A DNA stretch of 64,000 bases, taken from assembly GCA_963716725.1 (NCBI GenBank), contig CAVQUB010000011.1, forward strand, positions 256,001-320,000. Reading direction: 5' to 3'. The notes under the pieces are model-generated. The model did no database searches, was not told the DNA's origin, and saw nothing but the letters and a program-made list of their open reading frames with translations. This DNA comes from an uncultured delta proteobacterium. GTDB taxonomy: Bacteria > Myxococcota_A > Polyangia > Polyangiales > Polyangiaceae. Shown one piece after another: positions 1-10,151 of this stretch (positions are counted from its first letter, which is position 1; the number at the start of each line of letters is the position of its first letter). Both the position numbers and the translations under genes were made by a program.

Positions 1-1016
1 AGCCCCATGTCGTCAGCGAGCACACCGCCAACGCCGTGATCGCGGAGGTGGCACAGCCAGGTGAGCCCGTCTTGTTGGTAGGGCCTGAGCTCGGCGTGCA
101 GCACCACGGGGCGCTCGGCGCCGGCGGGCCCGCGCACCAGCATCTTTCCTCGCTCGACGGCGTCGGCGCGGCCAGTCCAGTGCAAGACCCGCCCGTCGCC
201 CTCGAGGGCCTGCTCCAGTCGGCCGACCGCCGCCAGGTTCGCCTCGTGCAAGCGCAGCTTGCGCCCCGTGCCGTCGTACAGCTCGGCCAAGACCGAGAGC
301 ACCGGCTCGAGCCGCTCCCAAGGAATGGCCACGTAGCGGCCCTTGGCCAGCGGGACCGCGCGGCAGCGCGCCACCTGACGGGAGAGCGAAGACAGCCGCG
401 CGCCCTTCGGTGCTTCCTCCAGCAGCTTGATCAGCGACGGCACGAGATCGACCACCTCGCCGTCGACCTCGAGGCCGAGCTCGAGCTGGAACCATTCGGC
501 CTTGTCCCGCACGTCACCGAGACGCGCCACCCAGCGCTCGGAGCTGCCCACGACCTGGAACTGGAACTCGGAGTCGATCTCCACGCTCCAGCCCAGCGCG
601 CGCAGCTCCTCGGCCGCCAGGCCCGAGAACGAGCAGATGGCGTGCACGTTGTCATCCACGTTGATCACGTAGTCGGCCCGTACTCCTACCGGGGCGACCA
701 TGCCTTCGATGTGGTCGAGCTCGACGGCGCCGTAGCGCTCGATTCGGGCCTGCGCGGCCCGCTCCCCTCGCAAATCGCGCTCCAGAGTCGGCTCGGCGAC
801 CTCGGGTTCGTCCCAGTCGTCGTCGCGCAGCGGCCCGACGCAGACGCCCCCGTAGTCGAAGCTGAGGGAAAGCACCGCGCATTCGCGCTCCCGCCAGCGC
901 CCGTCCGGCCCCTCGACGAGCAGACGCTCGGAGAAGACGCGGAGCGCCACCTCGAATGATTTTCCACCTGCCGGGTGAACGGCCCCCGCCGCCTGATCGA
1001 TGTGTTGGGCTTGCAC
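1..1016 (-). CDS. SNF2/SWI2-family (DEAD/DEAH-like) helicase, N-terminal part; runs off the window start
   Basis: Absent from the ORF track because it is open at the edge. Manual minus-strand translation from GTG 1016 ends ...[33 protein letters not shown](L), the SNF2 Q-motif and start of Walker [14 protein letters not shown] is typical of bacterial SNF2 N-terminal regions. Confidence 0.9.
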   Translation of the reverse strand, partial: MQAQHIDQAAGAVHPAGGKSFEVALRVFSERLLVEGPDGRWRERECAVLSLSFDYGGVCVGPLRDDDWDEPEVAEPTLERDLRGERAAQARIERYGAVELDHIEGMVAPVGVRADYVINVDDNVHAICSFSGLAAEELRALGWSVEIDSEFQFQVVGSSERWVARLGDVRDKAEWFQLELGLEVDGEVVDLVPSLIKLLEEAPKGARLSSLSRQVARCRAVPLAKGRYVAIPWERLEPVLSVLAELYDGTGRKLRLHEANLAAVGRLEQALEGDGRVLHWTGRADAVERGKMLVRGPAGAERPVVLHAELRPYQQDGLTWLCHLRDHGVGGVLADDMG

Positions 1017-1054
1017 GCTATGCGCTCGAACTCGTTTCTACTCGCGCATGCGTT

Positions 1055-1122
1055 AGATCAAAAAAAAACGATCTTGTCGATCCTCCATCTGAAAAAAGAT
1101 CCCCGATCGGCCGGCCGATCTT
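1055..1122 (-). terminator. Palindrome/T-tract element: probable intrinsic terminator(s) or regulatory region between the hydrolase and SNF2 genes
   Basis: Perfect palindrome GATCGGCCGGCCGATC (1105-1120) and AGATC-N10-GATCT (1055-1074). The A6 and A9 runs read as U-tracts on the minus strand. Confidence 0.45.
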
Positions 1123-1166
1123 CTGCAATGGAACCTACATGGACTCACACGCGGTCGCCGCGAGCG

Positions 1167-3173
1167 TCACGGCGCGGGGACCTTGCCCTTCGGATCGTCC
1201 ATCAAGTTGCGCACGAAGCCCGCCGCCTGGGCCATGGCCGCGGGGATGTCGTAGATCACGAAGTGGCCATCGCTGGCGTCAGAGGCCTTCCACTGCACGA
1301 GCACGCCGCTGGCGGCGCCGCCGGCGAGGTTTCCCGAGAGCCCCCCGGCGGGGATGGTCACCGGCGTGAGATCCGACCACTCGAGCTCTTCGATGGGGTG
1401 GATCAACGGAGCCTGCGGCGGCAGCCCCAGGGCCACGGCTTGGACCTCCATGCCGTGCGGCGGGGTGTAGTTGTCTCCCGATCCGTCGGCGTTGACGCCC
1501 TCGGTCATCATCGTCGATTTCGGCGCAAAGCCGGCGCGGGGGCGCCGCACGATCATGGGCACGTAGTGGATCGGATCGGTCGGATCCACGATGCTCTGCG
1601 CCAGTGAGATGGCCGGGTGCAGCAGGTTCAGCTCCTCGACCTCGTCGCCCAAGAGGCCGACGAACACGAGCTTGACCAGACCGGCGATGTCCACGGGCTT
1701 GGTCTTCTCGAGCAGCGCGATGCTGATCATGCTGCCCGAGCCGCTGAGCATGCCGCCCCGCGCTTGATCGTCGACGGCCAGAAACATGGGACCGTTGATG
1801 CCGCCCTGCGAGTGCCCGAAGAACGCCAGCTTGTCGGGGTCGAAGCGGATCTCGGAGCCGCCGGTCACCGCCGCCGGGATCACGATCTTGGTCTCGGTGA
1901 ACAGGCGCGCCTGCTGCACCACGTCAATGGCGGACTGCGGGCCGTTGGCGCGCGCAGCAATCGGGTTCTGGATGTTGAAGAACAAGATCTCGGGAGAACC
2001 CGCCGTCGCCCCAGGGCGATCGCCGTGGAAGATTTGGTCGATGCCCATGGTCGCAACGCAGCGCGTCGCCAGGGCCGGACCCTCGTCGGCAGGACCGATG
2101 AAGCTCCGGTAGTTGCCGCCGGTGCCGTGGGCGTAAACGACGATGGGGTAGCCACTGGCTGGCATCGGGCAGGCGGCAGCGAGCGGCACCGTAATGGCAA
2201 AACGCAGGTCGAACTCGCTCTGCAGCTCGGGCTGCCCGTTCGCGTCGAAGGCGAGCATGCCGCCGTCACCATATTTCACGAAGGGCAGCTTTCCCTTCTG
2301 GTAGTTCGGCGACGGGCCGTAGCGCCCCTCGTAGGTCTCGTAGCCGCTGGTCTGATCCGTCTTCTTCAGCGTGCCGTCGATGATCTTGGGCGCGGCGGTG
2401 CTCTTCAGCACATGATCGCGGATCTTCGCGGTCTCGCCCACCGGATCGTTGGTGGTGAACACCGTGAGGTGCACGATGGACCTCTTGGCGATGCCCGCCG
2501 TCTCGAGCTCGGTGATGGCGTCGGCCCAGGCGGCCTTCGCCGACGACGTCGGACCGCTGGCGCCGCCGGTGCCGAGCACGGCCCGCAGAGCCTTCGCCGG
2601 AGCGAGACTCGCCCCGCTCTCGGCCCGCACGCGATCGGTCACGACCAGCGCGTAGCGGGTGTTCGGCCGGAGTGGGAAGCCGAGCGCCGGCATGAACGCC
2701 AGGGTGTTCGGTCGCCAGTAGGCGCCCTCTTCGGCGCGGAAGAAGGTCGTGACGCGCTGGCGAGCGCCGTGGTCGGGCGAAGCAGGATCGACGTCGATGA
2801 GCTGCACGCTCGCGTCCGTCTCCAGCGATCCCTTCGGCGTGGGCAAGCTGGTCGGATCGAGGCCGACGGTGAAGCGCAGAAAGCCCGACGCGGCCGGCGA
2901 GAAGCCGGTCAACACGCCTTTCATCGAATTGATGTAGTCGATGAGGATCGGCTTCTCTCTCGGGTTCGGGTAGCCCTCGAAGCGTACGGTGCCATCGCTC
3001 TCTTTGCGCAGATCGCTGGGCCACGGCTGATCGAAGAAGGTCTCCTCCGAGAGTTCGGAGAGATCCGCAGGCACGACGAAGATGCTCTGGCCACCCGCTG
3101 ACGAGCCTCCCTCGTCCGTCGAGCCACACCCCAAGGTCAACACGAGCCCCAGCGTCCACCAGCACCCACGCAT
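1167..3173 (-). CDS. Lipoprotein with N-terminal Ig-like region and alpha/beta-hydrolase (lipase/esterase-like) domain
   Basis: Lipobox LTLGC; oxyanion-type YAHGTGG; nucleophile elbow GHSQGG; C-terminal DGHF. Confidence 0.75.
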   Translation of the reverse strand: MRGCWWTLGLVLTLGCGSTDEGGSSAGGQSIFVVPADLSELSEETFFDQPWPSDLRKESDGTVRFEGYPNPREKPILIDYINSMKGVLTGFSPAASGFLRFTVGLDPTSLPTPKGSLETDASVQLIDVDPASPDHGARQRVTTFFRAEEGAYWRPNTLAFMPALGFPLRPNTRYALVVTDRVRAESGASLAPAKALRAVLGTGGASGPTSSAKAAWADAITELETAGIAKRSIVHLTVFTTNDPVGETAKIRDHVLKSTAAPKIIDGTLKKTDQTSGYETYEGRYGPSPNYQKGKLPFVKYGDGGMLAFDANGQPELQSEFDLRFAITVPLAAACPMPASGYPIVVYAHGTGGNYRSFIGPADEGPALATRCVATMGIDQIFHGDRPGATAGSPEILFFNIQNPIAARANGPQSAIDVVQQARLFTETKIVIPAAVTGGSEIRFDPDKLAFFGHSQGGINGPMFLAVDDQARGGMLSGSGSMISIALLEKTKPVDIAGLVKLVFVGLLGDEVEELNLLHPAISLAQSIVDPTDPIHYVPMIVRRPRAGFAPKSTMMTEGVNADGSGDNYTPPHGMEVQAVALGLPPQAPLIHPIEELEWSDLTPVTIPAGGLSGNLAGGAASGVLVQWKASDASDGHFVIYDIPAAMAQAAGFVRNLMDDPKGKVPAP

Positions 3174-3242
3174 GGCGGCGTTCTATCATCATGCGAGGAA
3201 CGCCGCGAGGACGGCCGCCGCAAAACCGGCTAGAAGCTCCCC

Positions 3243-4325
3243 GTGAGCTGGGTGCTCGTGCTCGACCCTCCCCCAGGAGACGCCGCTCGGAAGGTCGGCG
3301 GCCTCGCGCTCGCGCTGCGCCTCGCTCTGGACGCCCAAGCCGGCGGCGCCAGCGCCGTCGTGGTCGCCTCCGAACTCGCCCCGCTCGTGCCCGTGCTGCA
3401 AGACTCCCGCCTGAAGATCCCGGTGGTCTCCGAAGCTCCCGCAGACGCCCGGCGAGTGAGGGTCCCAGCGAGCTTCGTGCTGCACCGTCAGCTCTTCAAG
3501 CTGCTCGCGAGCACCCTCGACTCAGATCGCGATCTCGCTCGCGACCCCTTCCCCATCGACGCGCCCTTCGGCTTCGAGCCCATCGACGTGGTCGACGCTC
3601 CCAGCGCCCGCCGCGCCGAGCGCGCGCTGTTCCGCGCGCTGCGCAAGCCTCAAGACGGCTGGACCAGCCGCTGGCTCAACCGCTACCTGAGCCTCACCCT
3701 CTCGCGACTTCTCGTGAAGACTCCGCTCCGACCCAATCAACTGTCGGTGGGCATCTTGGCCGTCGGTCTGATCGGGGCATGGCTCGCGTCTCGCGGCGAC
3801 TGGGCGTCGATGGCCGCGGGCGCTTTCCTGTTCCAAATGCAGAGCATCCTCGACGGCTGCGACGGCGAGATGAGCCGCATTACCCACCGCGGCTCGCTGA
3901 TGGGCCAGTGGCTCGACACCGTCGGGGACGATCTGACCAACTACAGCTTCTTCGGCGCCACGGGTTGGGGGCTGTACGCCGCGACCGGCAGCTGGGTGTA
4001 TCTGATCGCCGGCATCGTGACCGTGGTGTGCGGACTCATCACCAGCGGCATCGAGTATCGGTACCTGATCAGGATCGGCTCCGGAGATCTGCTCGCGTAT
4101 CCGCTCAGCGCGCCGGGCTCCGAGGCCAAGGGTGGGTGGTTCGACGCCATCCAGCCGCTGTTCAAGCGCGACACCTTCGTCTTTCTCACCCTGCTGGCCG
4201 CCCTCGCCGGGCTGCTCGGACCGATGCTGGTGGTGTTCTCCCTCGGGGGCGTCGGCATCTTGCTGTCGGTCATCGGCGCCGAGCTGCGCATGGCACGGGA
4301 GCGCCGGCAGGCCGCGACGCGCTGA
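3243..4325 (+). CDS. CDP-alcohol phosphatidyltransferase family protein with N-terminal extension
   Basis: Signature LDGCDGEMSR...G..LDTVGD; PNQLS motif; several transmembrane segments. Confidence 0.9.
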   Translation: MSWVLVLDPPPGDAARKVGGLALALRLALDAQAGGASAVVVASELAPLVPVLQDSRLKIPVVSEAPADARRVRVPASFVLHRQLFKLLASTLDSDRDLARDPFPIDAPFGFEPIDVVDAPSARRAERALFRALRKPQDGWTSRWLNRYLSLTLSRLLVKTPLRPNQLSVGILAVGLIGAWLASRGDWASMAAGAFLFQMQSILDGCDGEMSRITHRGSLMGQWLDTVGDDLTNYSFFGATGWGLYAATGSWVYLIAGIVTVVCGLITSGIEYRYLIRIGSGDLLAYPLSAPGSEAKGGWFDAIQPLFKRDTFVFLTLLAALAGLLGPMLVVFSLGGVGILLSVIGAELRMARERRQAATR

Positions 4326-4331
4326 CCCCGG

Positions 4332-5867
4332 TCACTCGCAAGCGCACTGCGACGACCACTGGTCCTGAAAGACGTCGCTGCACGATCCGGTCTTCACCGG
4401 CTTCGCGGGCAGGCAGGCGTCGAAGCTCGACTGCGCCGCCCGGTGGGAGCAGCCCGCGAATCCGAACACGCAACACACTTCGGCGCAGGTGACCCCGGCG
4501 GCGGGAGCGACCTGCCCGAGGTGCTTGCCGTCCGGGCACGGCAGGAAGTGCGCCTTGATCAGCGATTCGTCGACGCCGCCACAGGTCGAGAGCGGGCAGC
4601 CCGTCTTGACCGGGACCTTCGACGACTCGCTGGTGCCGTTGCCGAGTTGGCCCTTCGAGTTCGCGCCCCAGCACACGAGCCCTTGGGATTGGCTCAGGGC
4701 ACAGGTGTGTTCTCCGCCCGCCGACACGCGCGTCGCGTCCGCGATGCCGACCACCGTGACGGGCGCGTTGTGGTCCACGGTCGTGCCGTCACCGAGTTGG
4801 CCAGAGTAGTTGCGCCCCCAACAGCTCAGCGTGCCGCCCTTGCGCACGACGCAGACGTGGCTCTGGCCACCGCTGATCCAGATCGCATCGAAGATCCCCT
4901 CCACGGGGGCGGGCAGCGGGGAATTTTCTACGTTCGAACCGATCCCGAGCTGTCCCGACCCGTTGTACCCCCAGCACTGCACGGCGCCGCTGGCCAATCG
5001 GGCGCACGCGTAGTGATTGCCTGCGACGACTTGCACGGCGTTCGACACACCGCTCACGTTCACGGGCTTGGCGTAGATCTGTGCATCGAGGTTGCCGATG
5101 CCGAGCGCTCCGCTCGCGTTCCAGCCCCAACACTTCACCTTGCCGTTCCACTCCACGGCGCATGAGAAGATGTAGCCGACGCTCACGGCGACGGCGTCTT
5201 CGAGCCCGATCACCTGCTTCGGCGTGAGGCTCGGCGACGTGTCGCCGGTGCCCAACTCGCCCTGGGAATTCTGGCCCCAACAGGTCACCGCGCCATTCGC
5301 GTGCACGGCGCACGCATGCGAGAGGACCATGCCCTGCGAGATGGCCACCGCGTCGCCTGGGCCTTTGACCGCAGACGGCACGGCTTGATCGACGGTGGTG
5401 CCATCGCCCAGCACTCCGAGCGGATTGTGTCCCCACCCCAGGATGTCACCGCTGCCGCGAATGCCCGACGAGTGGTACTCCCCGGCACCGAGCGCCACGA
5501 AGTCGCCCGGGCCCGCGACGGGCTGTGGCGTCGTCGCGCTCTTGCCCGGCTTTCCGTTGCCCAGTTGGCCGAACTGGTTCGACCCGAAACACAGCACCGC
5601 CCCGCTCGAATCGAGGGCGCAGGTGTGATTGCCTCCGAGCACCACGTCCGAGTAGGCGCAGGTCAGCGATCCGCCGACCCCGCCGCTGCCCGCCAGGCCG
5701 CCCGCTCCACCGCCCACGGTGCCGCCGCTGCCGGTGCCGCCGCCACCGAGACCGCCGCCACCGAGACCGCCCGCGCCCGCGCCGGATCCCGGCTCGAGCA
5801 GCCGCGATCGCGAACCGCACGCGAGGATCGTGCTCGCAACTGCGACCGCGAACACCCAACGCAACAT
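4332..5867 (-). CDS. RCC1/BLIP-II repeat beta-propeller lipoprotein with Cys-rich C-terminal domain
   Basis: Start reassigned to ATG 5867 (MLRWVFAVAVASTILAC lipobox); Gly linker; about 7 HTCA...CWGxNxxGQLG repeats. Confidence 0.9.
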   Translation of the reverse strand: MLRWVFAVAVASTILACGSRSRLLEPGSGAGAGGLGGGGLGGGGTGSGGTVGGGAGGLAGSGGVGGSLTCAYSDVVLGGNHTCALDSSGAVLCFGSNQFGQLGNGKPGKSATTPQPVAGPGDFVALGAGEYHSSGIRGSGDILGWGHNPLGVLGDGTTVDQAVPSAVKGPGDAVAISQGMVLSHACAVHANGAVTCWGQNSQGELGTGDTSPSLTPKQVIGLEDAVAVSVGYIFSCAVEWNGKVKCWGWNASGALGIGNLDAQIYAKPVNVSGVSNAVQVVAGNHYACARLASGAVQCWGYNGSGQLGIGSNVENSPLPAPVEGIFDAIWISGGQSHVCVVRKGGTLSCWGRNYSGQLGDGTTVDHNAPVTVVGIADATRVSAGGEHTCALSQSQGLVCWGANSKGQLGNGTSESSKVPVKTGCPLSTCGGVDESLIKAHFLPCPDGKHLGQVAPAAGVTCAEVCCVFGFAGCSHRAAQSSFDACLPAKPVKTGSCSDVFQDQWSSQCACE

Positions 5868-5937
5868 CCCGGCGATGATACGCGACAAGCCTCGAGTCGG
5901 CGATCGTCCTCGCGTTCGTTGGGGTATCCTGCCGCCA

Positions 5938-7416
5938 GTGCCCCGCCGCCGCCTCTTCTCAATTGGTGCTTGGCTCGCTCTGCTCACCAGCGCCTCGGTG
6001 GCCCGCGCGGCTGGACCGCTGGGACCGGAGGGGTCGCCGATCGCCACCAGCAACTACCGCATCGATCTGACCCAAGGCGTCGTGCTCGCGGGGACCCGGG
6101 TGCTCGGGCTCGCCGGCGCCTACGTCGCCATCGCCGAAGGGGTCGACGGCAACTCCGCGAACCCGGTGGCGCCGGCCATGCGCTCCCCACACTCGCTCGA
6201 CAACTTCGACTACGACGTCGGCTTTGGGTTCACTCTGCCCGCGGCCGTCGGCGGCACCGACCTGTTCAACAGCGGAGACCGCACCGACGTATCGACCTCC
6301 CAAGATGCCGCGCTCTTCCTCGATCTGGCAGGGAACCTACAGTTCGGCCGCTGGGGAACGGGCGTCTCGCTGCACTACACCACCTTCGAAGTCGCGGATC
6401 CCAGCGGCCAGAGCCTCGGACTCAACGCGCGCTTCGGCGGCATTCGACTGCAGGTCGCCCGCGCCTGGCTCGATGGCCAGTTCGTCCTGGGGCTCGGCAG
6501 CCGCGGGACCGGCCTGGTCATTCAGAACAAAGATCCCGAACCGGGCGAGCCGGCTCAGCTCTTCGACATCGCGGGTGCGGCCGCGGAGATTGGCGCGCTC
6601 GTGCGTCCCAACGGAGCGCCCTACCGTATCGGAGTGGCGGTGCGCTCGGCGGTGGTGACCAACGCCCTCTCGAGTGACGTCGCGGCCAACGCCGACGGCG
6701 ACCTCGTCATCTCGCGCAACGGCACCGACCTCTACCTTCCCAACGAGGTGACGCTGCCGTGGGACATCGACCTGGGACTGGCAGTTCAGCTCGGTCCGCG
6801 TCCGCTCAATCCGCGGTGGGTCGATCCCGACGAGGCTATCCGGCGCCTCGACCGCTACTTGGCTTGGAAGGCCCGCGAGCGCCGACGCCGCGCAAGCGCA
6901 ATCTCGCGGGGAGCGACGCCCGCCCGCAACGCAGCCCTCGAGGCCGAACGCGTGGGCGACGAGGCGCTCGACCAAATCCACCGCGAGCGTTCCGCCCGCG
7001 CGATCCGCACCGAACTCAAACGGCGAGCGCGGCAGCTCGAGCGCTTCTACGTGCTCGTCTCCAGCTCGCTTCAGCTCACCGGTCCGGTCGACAACAGCGT
7101 CGGCGTCGAGTCGTTCATCGAGCGCCGGGTCCAGCGCTCCGGCCGCAAGGCGACCTACACGCCGCGGCTCGGTGCCGAGACCGAGCTCGTGCCCAGTTGG
7201 GTGCGATTCCGCGCGGGAACCTACCTGGAGCCCACCCGCTTCGAGTCCCAAGGCGCGAGAGCGCGCTTGCACGGCACGGTGGGTTTCGACCAAAAGCTAT
7301 TCCCGTGGACAGTATTCGGTATCTTCGACGAAGGCACGGAGTGGAAGTTGTCGGCCGCGCTCGACGGCGCACGGCACTACCTGAGCTGGGGCGCCAGCGT
7401 GGGGATCTGGCGATGA
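5938..7416 (+). CDS. Outer-membrane beta-barrel protein, FadL-like
   Basis: Signal peptide from GTG 5938; LGLAGAYVAIAEG...NP resembles the FadL hatch; amphipathic strands; C-terminal SWGASVGIWR. Confidence 0.6.
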   Translation: MPRRRLFSIGAWLALLTSASVARAAGPLGPEGSPIATSNYRIDLTQGVVLAGTRVLGLAGAYVAIAEGVDGNSANPVAPAMRSPHSLDNFDYDVGFGFTLPAAVGGTDLFNSGDRTDVSTSQDAALFLDLAGNLQFGRWGTGVSLHYTTFEVADPSGQSLGLNARFGGIRLQVARAWLDGQFVLGLGSRGTGLVIQNKDPEPGEPAQLFDIAGAAAEIGALVRPNGAPYRIGVAVRSAVVTNALSSDVAANADGDLVISRNGTDLYLPNEVTLPWDIDLGLAVQLGPRPLNPRWVDPDEAIRRLDRYLAWKARERRRRASAISRGATPARNAALEAERVGDEALDQIHRERSARAIRTELKRRARQLERFYVLVSSSLQLTGPVDNSVGVESFIERRVQRSGRKATYTPRLGAETELVPSWVRFRAGTYLEPTRFESQGARARLHGTVGFDQKLFPWTVFGIFDEGTEWKLSAALDGARHYLSWGASVGIWR

Positions 7417-8255
7417 AGCTCTGGTGGCTCGCCCTGCTGCTCACCGTCTGCTCGTGCTCCAAGAAGGAGCCCGCGCAGGTCGAGCGCACCGAGCCCTGGC
7501 TCGCCAACCCGCCCGACGCCACCACTGCCTTGCGCGCAAAGTTCGTCGTCACCGACCGGTGTGAAGCGAACCTGCTTCTCAAGGCAAAGGAGGGCTCACT
7601 GCGCGGCGTAGCGCGCGTCTGTAGAGGCGAGCTCGATCTGAACCTGAGCGATCTGAGCGACAGCCGCGGCACCCTCTCGGTGGACATCGCGAGCATCGAA
7701 ATGCGCGGTGACGGCGACGCGGGGCGCGGCGAAGAGCAAACTCGGGAGGCGCAGAACTGGCTCGACGTCGGCGCGAGCCGACCCGAGGCCGAGCGGGAGC
7801 GACTGCGCTGGGCGACGTTCACCATCACCGGGATCACGAACACGAGCCACCCGAACGCAAACGCGGGCCGACGTGAGCGGGTCGAGCCGGAGGCCGAAGA
7901 GCCGCCGTCCCTGCCCGACGACGACGCCGACGGCGCAGCGCCGAACCCCCGCGAGCGCCGCTCCGTGACCATGACCGCACGCGGGCACATGGTGCTGCAC
8001 AAGGTGCGCGTGGACGTCGAGGTCCCCCTCCGCGCAACCTTCCACTACCGCGGCCGCGCCACCGACGACTCGACCCCGAACAAAGTGCAAATCACCACCC
8101 GTCGGCCCTTCTTGGTCTCCCTCGCGGCTCACGACATCAAGCCGCGAGACGCCGCGGGGGTGTTTCAGGCGCAGGGCATGAAACTCATGGGCACCACGGT
8201 GGGAGCCGACGCACGGGTCAGCCTGTCGGCCAGCGCGGTGCTGCAGCAACCCTGA
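7413..8255 (+). CDS. YceI-like lipid/polyisoprenoid-binding lipoprotein
   Basis: ATGA overlap with the upstream gene; MKLWWLALLLTVCSC; GTLSVDIASI, ATFTIT and GHMVLHKV match YceI-type barrel strands. Confidence 0.65.
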   Translation: MKLWWLALLLTVCSCSKKEPAQVERTEPWLANPPDATTALRAKFVVTDRCEANLLLKAKEGSLRGVARVCRGELDLNLSDLSDSRGTLSVDIASIEMRGDGDAGRGEEQTREAQNWLDVGASRPEAERERLRWATFTITGITNTSHPNANAGRRERVEPEAEEPPSLPDDDADGAAPNPRERRSVTMTARGHMVLHKVRVDVEVPLRATFHYRGRATDDSTPNKVQITTRRPFLVSLAAHDIKPRDAAGVFQAQGMKLMGTTVGADARVSLSASAVLQQP

Positions 8256-8297
8256 GAGGTCTGGTTAGGGGCTTCGATCGGGGTATCCTTTGACCAG

Positions 8298-8804
8298 ATG
8301 CCTCCCGCCCAGCGTCGATTCCGCCTGGCGCCCATGTCCCGCGTGTTCTGGGTGATCACGCTGCTCGTCATCGGTCTGTTGCCGTTGTTCGTGATCTTGT
8401 CGCTCTGGGGCGCGCCGCTCTGGACCGGCGCGGCGATCGTCGCCGCGACCTGCGTGGGCACCTGGTTCTGCATGCGGCCCACTGGTTTCGTGGTCGCCCA
8501 CGACTCCATCGAAATCGTCTGGCCACTCCGGCGCTGGCAGATCCAGAAAAGCGCACTGTCCAGCGTGCGCCTGGTTGGATCACCGGAACTCAAGTCGATC
8601 TTGGGGCTGGCGCTGCGCGTGGGCGTTGGCGGCCTGTGGGGCACCTTCGGCCTGCTCTGGACCAGCAAACGCGGCTGGGTCTCCTGCTACGTCTCGCGGG
8701 TCGACGACCTGGTTTGGATCGAGCGGCGCGGCGCCCGTCCGCTGCTGCTCTCGCCGGAGAATCCCCGGGAAGTCGTGCGTTTGCTTTGGCCCTCGGCGGA
8801 GTAG
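8298..8804 (+). CDS. Membrane protein with bacterial PH-like domain
   Basis: Two N-terminal TM helices; LRVGVGGLWGTFG and LLLSPENP are typical of bPH-type proteins. Confidence 0.65.
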   Translation: MPPAQRRFRLAPMSRVFWVITLLVIGLLPLFVILSLWGAPLWTGAAIVAATCVGTWFCMRPTGFVVAHDSIEIVWPLRRWQIQKSALSSVRLVGSPELKSILGLALRVGVGGLWGTFGLLWTSKRGWVSCYVSRVDDLVWIERRGARPLLLSPENPREVVRLLWPSAE

Positions 8805-8819
8805 GATTGCGGGGTCGGC

Positions 8820-10076
8820 TCACTTGACCGACTGCGCGAGCTTCGCGAGGGCCGCGTTGAGCGCGGCCTGCGAGTCCACGTTGGTGTCGTTCCAGCTCGC
8901 GACCAAGTCCAGGCTCTTGATGAAGACCGCCACGCGCTTGCCCCAGTGACCCGACGCCAGCACGGTGTCCTTCGGCGCGTCCTTCCAGTTCAGCTGACCG
9001 CTCTTGTCGGCGCCGTTGGTCCACCACAAGAAGCTGTAGCTGCCAAAGTGATCGCTTTGATCATCAGGGATTTGCGTGGATCCGATGCTGCGTTGCCCGG
9101 GCAACATGTTCGCCTTCACGGCTTTCGTGCGGGGGATCGAGTTGGGCAGCGGGCTCTCGGTGATGGTCTTCGCGACGGCAGCGGGCAACAGCGCGTTGCC
9201 GTTCCAAGTGCCGTCGTTGCGGAACAGCCAGGCGAAGCGCGCGAAATCCCGCGGCGAGATCGCCACCCGACCGGCGCGGTCTCCGGCCCCGAAGGCGAGA
9301 AAGGTCGGCTGATCCTCGCAACCGATGGCGTCGCACAAGCCCACTTTCATCGTGTCGGCATCCACCGTCCCCAGGGTCGACCCGTAGACCTTCAGGAACA
9401 GTGAGTCCCAGAACAAGGCCATCTGGAAATCGTTGTAGTCGAAGGCAGATCCAGGGGCCTCCGACACGCCATAGCAAGAGGTCTGCGTCGCCAGGTGGCG
9501 CCAAGCGATCTTGGCGTCTTTGTTGCCAAGGCTCGGGTTGAGGGTGGCGAGGCCCGGCACGACGCTGACGACCAAGTCGTCGATGCTGCCGAGCTTCTTC
9601 TGCTGCACGGCGCGGAACAAGAAGTACGAGTAGAGCGGCTTGGCAGCGGAAGCGACGTCGCCGCGCTTGGCGATATCGCCCCAGCTGTACGCCAAATGCC
9701 CGCCGCGCACGATCACGCCGCGGCCTCCGATGCTCTTCGAGAGCGCGTCGAGCGCCGTCGCGTCGAGTCCTACGTCGGCCGGAGTCTTCTTGGTCCAGCT
9801 CGCGCCCGGGAAGACCGCTCCGGCAGCGGCGCTGCCGCCCGCGCCGCCGACTTGTCCGCCCGCGCCGCCGACTTGTCCGCCCGCGCCGCCGACTTGTCCG
9901 CCCGCGCCGCCGACTTGTCCGCCCGCGCCCGAGCCGGCTTGTCCACCGGCTCCGCCCATCGCCGCGCTGCCACCGCTACCTGCAGAGCCGCCGGTAGCGC
10001 TGCTGCCAGCGGGATCGTCTTCACCGCCGCACGAAGTGACCCAGAGCGCCAGCACGACGACGACGGTTCCGCGCAT
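8820..10076 (-). CDS. Serine hydrolase (beta-lactamase/CubicO-like) lipoprotein
   Basis: Lipobox VTSC; SxxK (SAAK); RHLATQTS; FDYND; SPRDFARF; ASGHWG. Confidence 0.8.
   Translation of the reverse strand: MRGTVVVVLALWVTSCGGEDDPAGSSATGGSAGSGGSAAMGGAGGQAGSGAGGQVGGAGGQVGGAGGQVGGAGGQVGGAGGSAAAGAVFPGASWTKKTPADVGLDATALDALSKSIGGRGVIVRGGHLAYSWGDIAKRGDVASAAKPLYSYFLFRAVQQKKLGSIDDLVVSVVPGLATLNPSLGNKDAKIAWRHLATQTSCYGVSEAPGSAFDYNDFQMALFWDSLFLKVYGSTLGTVDADTMKVGLCDAIGCEDQPTFLAFGAGDRAGRVAISPRDFARFAWLFRNDGTWNGNALLPAAVAKTITESPLPNSIPRTKAVKANMLPGQRSIGSTQIPDDQSDHFGSYSFLWWTNGADKSGQLNWKDAPKDTVLASGHWGKRVAVFIKSLDLVASWNDTNVDSQAALNAALAKLAQSVK
9835..9929. repeat. About 4.5 x 21-bp tandem repeat encoding the GGAGGQV linker
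   Basis: Unit CCGCCCGCGCCGCCGACTTGT repeated exactly. Confidence 0.95.
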
Positions 10077-10151
10077 GGCGAACACTATTCACCGGCAGGC
10101 GCCGGGGCGCGACGGCTTTACTCCAGCGAGCGCCTGCGAAACCATGACTCA

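Noticed and set aside
36..959. 307-aa plus-strand ORF, and many other long antisense or alternate-frame ORFs (e.g. 1617-3101, 40740-43133, 40970-43864, 57881-59761)
   Set aside because: These are shadows of genes with clear motifs in another frame; stop codons are scarce at this GC content
1055..1122. GATC cluster as oriC
   Set aside because: I saw no DnaA boxes, no extended AT-rich unwinding element and no dnaA/dnaN context
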